DNA from: Candidatus Omnitrophota bacterium | GTDB lineage: Bacteria; Omnitrophota; Gorgyraeia; B26-G9 | Length of the DNA: 64,000 nt | Reading direction: 5' to 3' | Assembly: GCA_018817165.1 (NCBI GenBank) | Contig: JAHITY010000061.1 | Location: forward strand, 1,733 to 65,732 | In this document: piece after piece, positions 21,289-30,533 of the stretch | Layout: every line of letters starts with the position of its first letter | How positions within the stretch are numbered: the first letter of the stretch is position 1 | Translations under genes and position numbers: made by a program | Notes under the pieces: model-generated | Seen by the model: the letters and a program-made list of their open reading frames with translations, nothing else | The model's database searches: none | What the model was told of the DNA's origin: nothing

Positions 21289-22721
21289 ATAGATCTTTCA
21301 TTCCATTCAGATTTCATTCTGTTTATAATAGATAATGCCCTTGATTTGTCTTTTTCTGAAACATAAATAGAATATCCCGAAGCAATTGTTCTGATCGGCA
21401 CGCCCCAATTAAAATGCGATGGATTGACTTCTGCCATAATCCCATGACTGCGTAAACACGCTTTTTCTACATCTGCATGAACCTCGTCCTGAGCGATACT
21501 TAAAAATTGCCAGTTTATATCAGGAAATTTATGAATTTTTCTAAAAAACTTTATTTGATCATTCATATCATAATACAATCCTACTAAAACAATCAGCCCA
21601 AACGCGCCAAACATCCCTGAACTTAAAAAAGAAATTTTAAGGCTAGAAGGTAGAATTATCGGAAGATAATACATAACCATAAATAAGATCATACTCAAAA
21701 AAATGCAGTGAAGCATCGCTTGATTTAAATTGTCTTCTATTATTTTTTTCTGGTTCTTATGGGCTTTACATTTTCTGGCCAAAAGAACTTCATAAAAATG
21801 TCTAGGCTGATAAATAATTTTCGCGTACAATAAACTAATCGCAGCGCATGTTAATAAAACAGTGAGAAACGAAAAAATATTTAAAGAAATCTCAAAAAAA
21901 GACAGTATGTACTCTGTAATAATCAGCGGCCACACTCCGATCCACAATGGCCTAATTCTGATAAAAAACTTTTCCTCATCCGCTGAGCAAAACTCAATCT
22001 TACGATTAAACAAAGTAACATATCTCGTCAAATATACAAAAATCAAACAAACAAAACTAAATAGCAAAAGTTGGGTTAAGTCGATAAGATTCCTTCCATA
22101 AAAGACTGAAACCTGGTCTAAGGCAAAAACAAATCTGAGCAATATCTCTGAAGCAAAAATCACAGCAACTCCATTGCCCAGACCAAATCTATTTATAAAC
22201 TCTGAGGCTATTATAAGGATTATACTGCCCCCAATAACAGCTAAAATTGTAGTTAAATGAAATATAAATCCTTCAAAACTAATTATATTAAAGCTGGGAA
22301 AACTGTTTAATAATTCAATATCAAGCGCTATAAAATACGCATGAAACGCGCTTATCAATATAGCCGCGATTAAAGTAAAAATCGCCATCATATGCGAAGT
22401 CCCCTTAACTGAAAAAAACTTTCTATTTCCGCCAGGCACTAAAAACCCAATTACTTGGACAAGTAAGCATGCGTGAATGAATGGCATTATCCCCAAAGAG
22501 AATATTGAAAGATTTCTTAACTTACCAAAATGGAGTAATCCCATTAAATCAAAGAAACTGCCCCCCTGGGCAAGAATATGCTTATGATAAAAATCACTTA
22601 ATGCTACCATTCTTACACCAGGAACAGGGATAAAATAAATCAATCGCACGAAAATAACTGTTAAAAAACTAATCATCATTCTTTTTAAAATAACATATTT
22701 GCTGGATTGTTTATTAAACAT
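21285..22721 (-). CDS. Divergent SecY-like membrane protein with C-terminal DUF2007-like domain
   Basis: SecY signatures IPVPGV, SIFSLGIMPFI and SEFINRFGLGNGVAVIF; soluble tail AQDEVHADVEKACLRSHGI...IYVSEKDKSRA. Confidence 0.7.
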   Translation of the reverse strand: MFNKQSSKYVILKRMMISFLTVIFVRLIYFIPVPGVRMVALSDFYHKHILAQGGSFFDLMGLLHFGKLRNLSIFSLGIMPFIHACLLVQVIGFLVPGGNRKFFSVKGTSHMMAIFTLIAAILISAFHAYFIALDIELLNSFPSFNIISFEGFIFHLTTILAVIGGSIILIIASEFINRFGLGNGVAVIFASEILLRFVFALDQVSVFYGRNLIDLTQLLLFSFVCLIFVYLTRYVTLFNRKIEFCSADEEKFFIRIRPLWIGVWPLIITEYILSFFEISLNIFSFLTVLLTCAAISLLYAKIIYQPRHFYEVLLARKCKAHKNQKKIIEDNLNQAMLHCIFLSMILFMVMYYLPIILPSSLKISFLSSGMFGAFGLIVLVGLYYDMNDQIKFFRKIHKFPDINWQFLSIAQDEVHADVEKACLRSHGIMAEVNPSHFNWGVPIRTIASGYSIYVSEKDKSRALSIINRMKSEWNERSI

Positions 22722-22857
22722 TTGTTTATGCTTCTCCTATAATTATCCCATTTTTATTACTTTAGCCTTTAACATATTATCCGGGGCAGATAAACTGTAT
22801 ACAAAATTTATGATAAAGAAATATTTAAGTAAATTCACTTCCCGGCAAAGGGAAGGC

Positions 22858-22886
22858 TTGACAAAAAAAGGCATGTGTGTTAATCT
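22858..22886 (+). promoter_or_regulatory. Putative sigma70 promoter for the small ORF at 22937
   Basis: TTGACA-17 nt-TAATCT. Confidence 0.5.
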
Positions 22887-22936
22887 TAAAGCATTGAATG
22901 GAGTCATCTTACATTTACAGGGAGGTAAATCACCGG

Positions 22937-23137
22937 ATGCCTAATAATAAGTTCCACTCTAATCACAAAAAGAAAACTGCTAAAAAAAGTCCTAACCACG
23001 CCTTAAAAATAGTTATCTTTGAGAATTCATTAGCTGCCAATGCGAGTGATTCTGATATAAAACGCGCTTCTTTTTTATTTAATAACTTACAAAAAAAAAT
23101 CATAAAAACAAAAATTGCTCGAATAAATTTAAATTAA
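22937..23137 (+). CDS. Small basic hypothetical protein
   Basis: GGAGGT RBS upstream of ATG 22937 and a promoter-like sequence upstream; no recognisable domain. Confidence 0.45.
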   Translation: MPNNKFHSNHKKKTAKKSPNHALKIVIFENSLAANASDSDIKRASFLFNNLQKKIIKTKIARINLN

Positions 23138-23293
23138 AACTTTTAGTTTTAGGCAATTTTACTCTGCATACAATCCGTATTTTAAAAATTATTATTGCGA
23201 CAATCCCTTTAGATATTTACAATCTCATATCAAAAAGCTACTGGCAAAAAGAATAAAAGAGGGGAAAATATTTCTTTGCTACAGAACCAACAT

Positions 23294-23542
23294 CTATTCT
23301 GATGTTGTTCCTTTTTTCTTCTTAAATAATTGCGAAAGTTTATCCAGGTTTGCGTGTTTATTATTAGATGAATTAATGTTTTGGTCGTGTATAGAATTAT
23401 ATATTTCTTTTCTATGAACAGGGACTTCTCTTGGCGCGGTTATTCCTAATTTAACCTGCTCTCCCCGAACTTCAACAACCTTAATTTCAATATTATCACC
23501 AATAATTATGCTTTCATTTGGTTTGCGCGAAAGAACTAACAT
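23294..23542 (-). CDS. csrA: Carbon storage regulator
   Basis: [16 protein letters not shown]...[19 protein letters not shown]. Confidence 0.96.
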   Translation of the reverse strand: MLVLSRKPNESIIIGDNIEIKVVEVRGEQVKLGITAPREVPVHRKEIYNSIHDQNINSSNNKHANLDKLSQLFKKKKGTTSE

Positions 23543-23990
23543 CCGTATCCTCTATCTTTCTTAGCATGTCTTCTAAAATTAAATGTTGCACTGAATAATC
23601 TTGTTCATGCAAAATTACCTGTCTTCCAATTTTATTATTCTTATTTAAAATAATCGGAGCCAGTAAATTTGCACTTATTTCATCAGAATCTTTCGGCACA
23701 CAAACTAAAGCATAAATACTACATTCGGATAAATCAGTAATTTGTAAAGCCATTTTGTCGGCTGCGCTTAAAACAGGATTGTACTCTTTCTGAAATTCAT
23801 TTGGGTCAATTATTATAAATGCTAAGTTATTATCTTGAACTGATTCCAACCAAACAAATGGTTCTTTTGACCTATCATGAATAATTTCAAACTCCTTATG
23901 CTCGCTAAAACCAATTATCCCTTCAGGAAAAAACATAGATGTTGACTTAACCTTTAAAGCACTTTCCTCTTGAACTACTGAAGTTTTCAT
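23514..23990 (-). CDS. fliW: CsrA antagonist FliW
   Basis: [34 protein letters not shown]; overlaps csrA. Confidence 0.92.
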   Translation of the reverse strand: MKTSVVQEESALKVKSTSMFFPEGIIGFSEHKEFEIIHDRSKEPFVWLESVQDNNLAFIIIDPNEFQKEYNPVLSAADKMALQITDLSECSIYALVCVPKDSDEISANLLAPIILNKNNKIGRQVILHEQDYSVQHLILEDMLRKIEDTDVSSFAQTK

Positions 23991-24033
23991 ATAAAAGTAA
24001 TCCCCCCTTCTAACAACGCATTAAAATGCGTGT

Positions 24034-26274
24034 CTATTGCGCTCTTTCAAGCAAAAATTCTAGACTTCCTAAAATATCAATTGTTATCTGATCTTCTGGT
24101 TCAATTATCAATACTTGCTCTAATTCATATTTTGCTCGAGCATAATTTTTATTTAGAATAGCACTCATTCCCCTTTGAAAATAAATCTGGGCACGCTCTT
24201 TCTCTAAGCCCTTAAAATCTAATGTCAGGTTCTGCATCATTGTAGCCTTACTCGTAAGCATTCCTTCAAGCAATTCTACTTGATTCTCGCGAAAGCCATC
24301 CATTTTTATTTTAAGATCACCTTCTTCCATCACTTTATTCTTAAGCTTAACAGTCACTTCTTCCAAGCGGTTTTTATATTCTTTTTCCGCATTTAGTTTG
24401 CTATTTTCAGCTTCGTGAAGAGCTGCGAGATACTTGGATTCAAGTAATTTATTTTTCTTTTCCCACTCTTGAGCGTTTTTCATCAATTTATCATCACATA
24501 CACTCTCTAGCGCTACCATGTTTTTTTTCTGCTTTGCCAGACGACTTTCAAATATAGATTTTTGATTCACTAGCTTTTTATTCACTTCTTCTAATTGCTT
24601 CTTTTCTTTTAACAATAAATCTTCGTATTTAAGCGCTACTCCCTGCTCAAACAATTTTTTTTGTTTTTCAGATTCTTGTCTTATTGACTCCAGCTCTTTA
24701 ATTAAACGCTGATTTTCCAATTGAGTATTATTTAAATCCTCGTTTAGAACTTTGGTGATTTTTTGTTGACTCGCTATTTCCTCCCCGGAATAAAGCGACA
24801 ATTTTTTATTTAAATTAGCAATCCGATTATCTTTTTCCTGGATAATTATTTCCTGAGTTTTAAATTCTTCTTTCAGTTTAATTTGATATATTTTCAATTG
24901 CTCTGAAGATTTTTTTAATGTATCTATCTGCTGCTGCAATTCATTTTTTTGTTTTTCTATTTCTTTGCTAAATTCCAATTCTTTATTTGCCGCAAATTGC
25001 CGTAAAGTTTTTTCTCTATCTAGAGCTTGAGCTTTTACTGCTTTAATTTCCTCATCTTTATCTGAGATTATTTTGATTTGCATTTGTTCTTTTTCACGCA
25101 TAACCATATCAAGCTGCTTATACTTCTCTTTGATCTTTTCTTCGAAATCTCCCGCGACGCTCAATGCGACCGCTTTATTCTGTTCTTCTTTTTTTTCTAA
25201 CTGCTCTTTAATGTCCAGGTCTTTACGTGCAATAATCTGGTTAAAAACAGCTTGCTGATTTTCATGTTTCAGAGTTAAATCTTTTACCTGCTGTTTAAGT
25301 GCAAGCATCTGACTATCTCGCAGAGAAACATCTTCTCTAATATTTCCAATTTCCTGTTCGCGATTAAAAGTGTCTTTTTGATTACCTTCTACTATTTTTT
25401 GAATTTGCTCATTATATTGTTTTTCTTTTGATGCTAAAATATCTGCTTGCGCCTTAAGTTTCTCATTAAGCAGCTGAACTTCATTCCTCAGCAATTTCAG
25501 CTGCGCTTCTCTGCTGGAATTATCTGCTGCTTTTCCAAACTGATCAGAAAGGGTTTTAAGCTTAATTTCATGATCAAGTTCTTTTTGGATTAAGGTCTGC
25601 TCATAGTCTTTGTTTTCCGCTACACGCTGTTGTTTGGAAATTTCAAGTTGTTTGTTCAGTTCTTCAATTGAAATTTTGCATTCTTCAAGAGTTTTTGTTT
25701 TTTCTTGCTTTAATTCTTTCTGCATGTTTTCTAATCCCAAGTTCTTTTTTTTGAGATCAGTGATTTCATTAAGAGACTGTTCATTTTTCTGCCCGAGCTG
25801 CGCTACCGCTTCCTTTAACTGGGCAATTTCTTTGCGCTGCGTTTCGTCGCTATTTCTTTTTTCCTGTTCTAAAGATTCTTGACTATCTAAACGCTCATCA
25901 GACTGTTGCTGCAGATTCTTTATTTTATTTTGAGCAGCACTCAACTGTTCTTGGAGTTGTGCTATTTGTTGTTGATTATCAGCTACAGGAACTTCCGCTT
26001 TTACTTCCTGCTGTTTTAAAAGCCTGTCATAAAGATCTCTTTGATTCTGTAAAGCAAGCGCATGTTCTACTTCTTGCTGTTTTATTTTCTTTTTAAGAAA
26101 AGCTATTTCAGTATCAAGAATTTTCTTAAAATAATAAGAATCCTGCTTTTTTTGTGCTCCTGAACTTTCGAGGGTTTGAGAATACCCATATGAACACAAA
26201 ATAACTCCAAAAATAATTACAAACAAAAATAAATATTTATGTTTTTTATTTACGCATTTTAACCCTTTAGCCAT
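24034..26274 (-). CDS. Large exported/membrane-anchored coiled-coil protein with a C-terminal TPR-like motif
   Basis: N-terminal hydrophobic segment, about 650 aa of E/K/Q-rich heptads, terminal YFQRG...NYARAKYELEQVL..EP; start uncertain. Confidence 0.7.
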   Translation of the reverse strand: MAKGLKCVNKKHKYLFLFVIIFGVILCSYGYSQTLESSGAQKKQDSYYFKKILDTEIAFLKKKIKQQEVEHALALQNQRDLYDRLLKQQEVKAEVPVADNQQQIAQLQEQLSAAQNKIKNLQQQSDERLDSQESLEQEKRNSDETQRKEIAQLKEAVAQLGQKNEQSLNEITDLKKKNLGLENMQKELKQEKTKTLEECKISIEELNKQLEISKQQRVAENKDYEQTLIQKELDHEIKLKTLSDQFGKAADNSSREAQLKLLRNEVQLLNEKLKAQADILASKEKQYNEQIQKIVEGNQKDTFNREQEIGNIREDVSLRDSQMLALKQQVKDLTLKHENQQAVFNQIIARKDLDIKEQLEKKEEQNKAVALSVAGDFEEKIKEKYKQLDMVMREKEQMQIKIISDKDEEIKAVKAQALDREKTLRQFAANKELEFSKEIEKQKNELQQQIDTLKKSSEQLKIYQIKLKEEFKTQEIIIQEKDNRIANLNKKLSLYSGEEIASQQKITKVLNEDLNNTQLENQRLIKELESIRQESEKQKKLFEQGVALKYEDLLLKEKKQLEEVNKKLVNQKSIFESRLAKQKKNMVALESVCDDKLMKNAQEWEKKNKLLESKYLAALHEAENSKLNAEKEYKNRLEEVTVKLKNKVMEEGDLKIKMDGFRENQVELLEGMLTSKATMMQNLTLDFKGLEKERAQIYFQRGMSAILNKNYARAKYELEQVLIIEPEDQITIDILGSLEFLLERAQ

Positions 26275-26317
26275 ACAGCTCAACATATTTATCTTTCGAT
26301 TTAAATTAAGTTTTAAC

Positions 26318-26363
26318 AAAAAAAACCGAACTCGGTTTCCCATAAAGAAACCTGCTCGGTTTT
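26318..26363 (-). terminator. Intrinsic terminator upstream of the coiled-coil gene
   Basis: Minus strand AAACCGAGCAGGTTTC-TTTATGG-GAAACCGAGTTCGGTTT followed by a T run. Confidence 0.55.
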
Positions 26364-26647
26364 ACCACAACATTTTGATCTTTTAATTGCTTTTGCATTA
26401 AACCTAACAATCTATTTTTGATTTTAAAATATAATCTACTAAAATCATAAATTAAAACAATCCACTCGATTAAATTTATCTTAAAACTCGGATTTTTTTC
26501 ATCGCCCCTACTCCCCCCAGCCCTAGGTAATTTCTAATATTCAACTACATTAATTACCATTATTTAGCTTGAGTTTCATCTCACATTACAATTATCTAGT
26601 TTATTGCGCTAAAAGTCAAGCAAAAATTGACTTTTTTAAAGCATTTC

Positions 26648-26771
26648 ATACTACATTTAGATTATTTATTCAGATAGGACTACAATATGTTGAGGTTTGG
26701 CAAATTTTAGACAAAATTATATGCTTAAAATTGTTGTGCTAATGATTTTTTAAAAACACAATATGTTGTAT
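26648..26771. promoter_or_regulatory. NrdR-box-like palindromes
   Basis: ATACTACATTTAGATT (26648), CTACAATATGTTGAGG (26680) and ACACAATATGTTGTAT (26756) fit acaCwAtATaTwGtgt; the first two start 32 bp apart. Confidence 0.45.
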
Positions 26772-26788
26772 AGATTAGCACTTAAAAT

Positions 26789-27544
26789 TTATTTAAAAGA
26801 AAGTTTTGGGCATAATTCGAGAGAAAATTTCACCAATTCCGCCATTTGATTTTTTATTTTTAATTTTTCAGACAAAGAAAACTCACCCCAAAAAGGCCTT
26901 GTTAAAAGATTATCACTGACAAAGCAAAGGGCAATTGCATTAATCTTTTTAAGGTTTGCTGCAGCATAAAATAATGCACACTCTAAATCAACCGACTGAA
27001 CCCCTGCCCGGTAAAGCTCATCAGCAACTTCAGCCCCTTGATCAATGAAAGTATGGATGCTTAGGGTACTAGCTTTTTTTAAAAAAATGTTTTTTTCTTT
27101 AGCCAGCATTAGGCTACTGTCCACCAACTTCTTTGCCGGAAAAAATTCTTTCTTCAAACCTTCTCCAAAAGCAATTCCCAGTTTATTATAGTATGTTGTA
27201 TCAAAAAAAGCCTTTTCAATAATTACATTGTCCGCTATTTTTAAATCTCTTACCGCTCCGATCGCTCCCAGGAAAATTATTGCTTTTACTCTTTTTTGGT
27301 CTTGCGCCAAAATACAATCAGCAACTAATGATTGCCCCATGCCTGTGTAAATAAAAGTTACTTTTTGATCTTTAAATACCCCGGTTAACCCATGAAACAA
27401 CATCCCTCTAAAATATTGCGAATTTTTAAGAAAAGAAGCGAATAATTTAGGATTGAAAAATGGGCTGATTACCAAAAATTCGCCTATTTCATCATAACTT
27501 ATTCCAAAAAGTTTAATGAATTTTTTTTCTTCGATTTTATTCAT
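26789..27544 (-). CDS. Nucleoside phosphorylase (PNP_UDP_1) family protein, divergent
   Basis: TGMG, IIFLGAIGA, SVDLECA (cf. VEME), VSDNL. Confidence 0.65.
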   Translation of the reverse strand: MNKIEEKKFIKLFGISYDEIGEFLVISPFFNPKLFASFLKNSQYFRGMLFHGLTGVFKDQKVTFIYTGMGQSLVADCILAQDQKRVKAIIFLGAIGAVRDLKIADNVIIEKAFFDTTYYNKLGIAFGEGLKKEFFPAKKLVDSSLMLAKEKNIFLKKASTLSIHTFIDQGAEVADELYRAGVQSVDLECALFYAAANLKKINAIALCFVSDNLLTRPFWGEFSLSEKLKIKNQMAELVKFSLELCPKLSFK

Positions 27545-28617
27545 TTTATCTCAACCAAATCATAATCAATATTACCAAGACCTATTTCCTGCGCATATAT
27601 TAGCTGATTCATGTAATAATCAGCACCCGGAAATACTCGGTTGAAAATATCTCCTTGAGCACTTTCGATTATCATGTCTGCAGCTGCCTTATCGCAAGCA
27701 ACAGGATCTGTTGAGGCAAATATGCCAATATCATTTACTATTGCAGGCTCATCTTTTGCCATACAATCACAATTTTTAGTTATATGTATCGCAAAATTGA
27801 AAAATACCTTTTGTTTGACATTAAGCAATACGCCATATGCGTACTCAACCATTTTTTCGCTCAATATTTTAGCGTCTTCGCCATAACTCTCGGCAATAGC
27901 GGCAAATTTGCAAGCAGCGATACACTTTCCGCAACCAATGCAAATCTCTGGCTTAATAAAAGCCTTTTTCTGATTTTCAACAATAGCTTTAACTTGGCAC
28001 TGACTCATACAGCGCTGGCAAAAAGTACATTTATTCGTTATTATTTTTGGTTTAATATTGGAATGCTGTCTCAATTTTCCTGAACGCGATGCAAGCCCCA
28101 TCCCAATATTCTTAATCGAAGCCGCAAATCCTGTAAGCAAATGGCCTGTAACATGAGCAATGCTTACAAGCGAATCAAAATACATGACTGGCTTAGCGAT
28201 ATTCACATTTTTAAAATGTTTTTTATTTATCTCTATATCCATACTGTTTTCACCCCAAAGCCCGTCCGCAATGAATACCGGCGCTCCTAAAGAAACCGGG
28301 TCAAAACCATGCTCTGCTCCTAACATAAGATGGTCAACAGCATTAACTCTTTTACCTTGATAGAGTACATTTGTTTCAACTATAAAAGGTTTAGCCGCCT
28401 TTGACTTTAATTGATTTATCAATTGCTTAACAATTACAGCATCAACATGCCCAGTATTGCCTTGTTCGCCCAGATGAGTTTTTATCGGAATCATTTCCCC
28501 TTTTTTAATATCCTCAAATAACTTACTTTGTTTTATTAAATTCTTGAATTTATCAGCAGTTAGCACTTTATCCTGCGAATTTTGCACTGCCTGAAAAAAA
28601 ACCATGCTTTTTGACAT
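27541..28617 (-). CDS. DUF362 domain protein with a 2x[4Fe-4S] ferredoxin insert
   Basis: IKTHLGEQGN, ETNVLY, KNIGMG, CxxCxxCxxxC twice, STDPVACD. Confidence 0.85.
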   Translation of the reverse strand: MSKSMVFFQAVQNSQDKVLTADKFKNLIKQSKLFEDIKKGEMIPIKTHLGEQGNTGHVDAVIVKQLINQLKSKAAKPFIVETNVLYQGKRVNAVDHLMLGAEHGFDPVSLGAPVFIADGLWGENSMDIEINKKHFKNVNIAKPVMYFDSLVSIAHVTGHLLTGFAASIKNIGMGLASRSGKLRQHSNIKPKIITNKCTFCQRCMSQCQVKAIVENQKKAFIKPEICIGCGKCIAACKFAAIAESYGEDAKILSEKMVEYAYGVLLNVKQKVFFNFAIHITKNCDCMAKDEPAIVNDIGIFASTDPVACDKAAADMIIESAQGDIFNRVFPGADYYMNQLIYAQEIGLGNIDYDLVEIK

Positions 28618-28671
28618 CGGGAAACTCCTTTAAATAATTAAAGCGTTTGTATCGGGCTCCTTATTATACCC

Positions 28672-28702
<31 letters not shown>

Positions 28703-28789
28703 ATATATATAACACAAACAAAAACAAGAATTTCTTATACTATAGATTATAAATAAAAATATTCTATTATTTGAATATACGCCTTGTAA

Positions 28790-28822
28790 TAAAAAAACTC
28801 CACAATTAATGTTGTGGAGTTT
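28790..28822 (-). terminator. Intrinsic terminator of the tRNA operon
   Basis: AAACTCCACAA/TTGTGGAGTTT stem followed by a T run on the minus strand. Confidence 0.75.
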
Positions 28823-28827
28823 CAATT

Positions 28828-28901
28828 TGGAGCGGGAGAAGGGAATCGAACCCTCGTGTATAGCTTGGAAGGCTATCGTTCTACCATTGAACTACTCCCG
28901 C
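28828..28901 (-). tRNA. tRNA-Gly(TCC)
   Basis: GCGGGAG acceptor stem, anticodon arm ATAGC-CTTCCAA-GCTAT, GGTTCGATTCC, encoded CCA. Confidence 0.96.
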
Positions 28902-28952
28902 AATATTTTTTCTAATACAGCCCTATACCATTCGCTATGCTCAGGTACAGGA

Positions 28953-29050
28953 CATAAACCATTTTATGGTTACGCCATGAACCGAGTACCGCAAAGCGGT
29001 ACTCAGCGAAGCCTGAAGCCTAAACAATTTGTTTAGGCGAATGGTTTATG
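28953..29050 (-). other. Multi-hairpin structured element in the tRNA-Tyr/tRNA-Gly spacer
   Basis: Closing stem CATAAACCATT/AATGGTTTATG enclosing GAGTACCGC-AAA-GCGGTACTC, GCCTAAACA-ATT-TGTTTAGGC and two smaller hairpins. Confidence 0.55.
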
Positions 29051-29132
29051 GTGGGCAGGATAGGATTTGAACCTATGTAGGCGTCGCCGGCAGATTTACA
29101 GTCTGCTGCCATTTCCACTCGGCCACCTGCCC
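29049..29132 (-). tRNA. tRNA-Tyr(GTA)
   Basis: GGGCAGG acceptor stem, GCAGA-CTGTAAA-TCTGC, long variable arm, CCA. Confidence 0.96.
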
Positions 29133-29185
29133 AAAAAACAAATTACAAATATTAGCTTTCAGCTTAAATATTTGTAATTTAAAAA

Positions 29186-29260
29186 TGGAGCTGGCGAGAG
29201 GAATCGAACCCCCAACCAGGTGATTACAAATCACCTGCTCTACCGTTGAGCCACGCCAGC
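29186..29260 (-). tRNA. tRNA-Thr(TGT)
   Basis: GCTGGCG acceptor stem, GGTGA-TTTGTAA-TCACC, GGTTCGATTCC, CCA. Confidence 0.96.
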
Positions 29261-29284
29261 CTATTTATTAAACAAATTGTTATG

Positions 29285-30136
29285 CTAAATTTTTTTAAAA
29301 ACAAATGGCAAATTTTCTAAAAGATCACTTGCCAATAAACTAACTACTGCTTTTTTTTGCACTGCTTGATCAGCTGCTAAACCATGAACATTGACTGCTA
29401 ATTCAGCTGCATTATAAGCACTGGCACCTTGCGCCATAAAACCACCAATAATCCCGGTGAGGACATCTCCGCTACCAGCCTTAGCTAATCCAGGATTTCC
29501 AGTTTTATTAATGAAAACTTTTCCATCCTTATCTGCCACTACAGTCTGATAGCCTTTTAATACAGTTACAATATTATACATAGAAGAAAACTCTTTTGCA
29601 AGCTTTCTTCTATTTTTTTGTATTTTCTCTATATCCAAGCCTAAAACCCTTCCCATTTCTCCTGGGTGAGGCGTTATTACTGATAGAGAAGTTCTATTAT
29701 TCAAAATATCCAAATACCCGACTAAAGCATTAATCGCATCAGCATCAATAACCATTGGCTTATCAATAAACTCGATTAATTTTCTGATTAATTTCTGGGT
29801 TTGGCTATTTTGAGATAATCCGGGACCAATAATAATCACATCAACATTATTCGAAAAATGCTTTATCATATCAAATGATTTAAAACTTAGACTAGCCTGT
29901 GATGTTTCCGGAAGGCTGAGACTCATTACTTCAGTAAGCTTGCACTCAATAATATTATTAAGACTGGACGCAATGCCCACTGTCACGAGCCCGGCTCCAG
30001 ACAATAAAGCAGCTTGAGCAGATAAACATGCCGCACCAGTTAATCCGCGAGAACCAGCTAAAACAAAAACATGCCCGCAATTCCCTTTATGAACCTGTTT
30101 TTTCCTATTCAAAAAAATAGAATTTATTCGCTGCAT
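29285..30136 (-). CDS. nnrD: ADP-dependent NAD(P)H-hydrate dehydratase (YjeF C-terminal)
   Basis: HKGNCG, GPGL, VIDADA, TPHPGEM, AGSGDVLTG. Confidence 0.92.
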   Translation of the reverse strand: MQRINSIFLNRKKQVHKGNCGHVFVLAGSRGLTGAACLSAQAALLSGAGLVTVGIASSLNNIIECKLTEVMSLSLPETSQASLSFKSFDMIKHFSNNVDVIIIGPGLSQNSQTQKLIRKLIEFIDKPMVIDADAINALVGYLDILNNRTSLSVITPHPGEMGRVLGLDIEKIQKNRRKLAKEFSSMYNIVTVLKGYQTVVADKDGKVFINKTGNPGLAKAGSGDVLTGIIGGFMAQGASAYNAAELAVNVHGLAADQAVQKKAVVSLLASDLLENLPFVFKKI

Positions 30137-30138
30137 TA

Positions 30139-30513
30139 TTAACCTATGAGAATTGCCATTGCTTGCGCATAATCACGAGTATGAGACATGCTTATAGTAA
30201 TCGTATTAATATTTTTTTTCTTACGTAATTTTTCCATTTGTCCTTTTAAAACTACATTTGGCCGGCCATGTACATCATTTATAATTTCAACATCCCTCAA
30301 ATTAGCACTTGTAAACCCATTACCAAAACCCTTAAGCACTGCTTCTTTTGCCGCAAAACGCGCAGCAAGATGTTCAAAATAAAATTTTCGCTTCATCGAA
30401 TACTCTATTTCTCTAGGAGTAAAAATACGCCTAAGAAAAGGCTCTTTCCAGCGAGCTACTGCATCCTTTATTCGTTTTGTTTCAATGATATCTGTTCCGC
30501 AACTAATCTGCAT
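30139..30513 (-). CDS. acpS: Holo-ACP synthase
   Basis: GTDII, RFAAKEA, ISMSH. Confidence 0.95.
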   Translation of the reverse strand: MQISCGTDIIETKRIKDAVARWKEPFLRRIFTPREIEYSMKRKFYFEHLAARFAAKEAVLKGFGNGFTSANLRDVEIINDVHGRPNVVLKGQMEKLRKKKNINTITISMSHTRDYAQAMAILIG

Positions 30514-30533
30514 CTTTGTCCTTTGGGGTTAAA

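Noticed and set aside
24034-26343. SMC or chromosome-segregation protein call
   Set aside because: No Walker A/B or hinge motifs; has an N-terminal hydrophobic segment.
26364-26788. Possible replication origin
   Set aside because: AT-rich, but no clustered TTATCCACA boxes and no dnaA/dnaN context.
28809-29036. 75-aa ORF
   Set aside because: Lies antisense over tRNA-Gly and its spacer.
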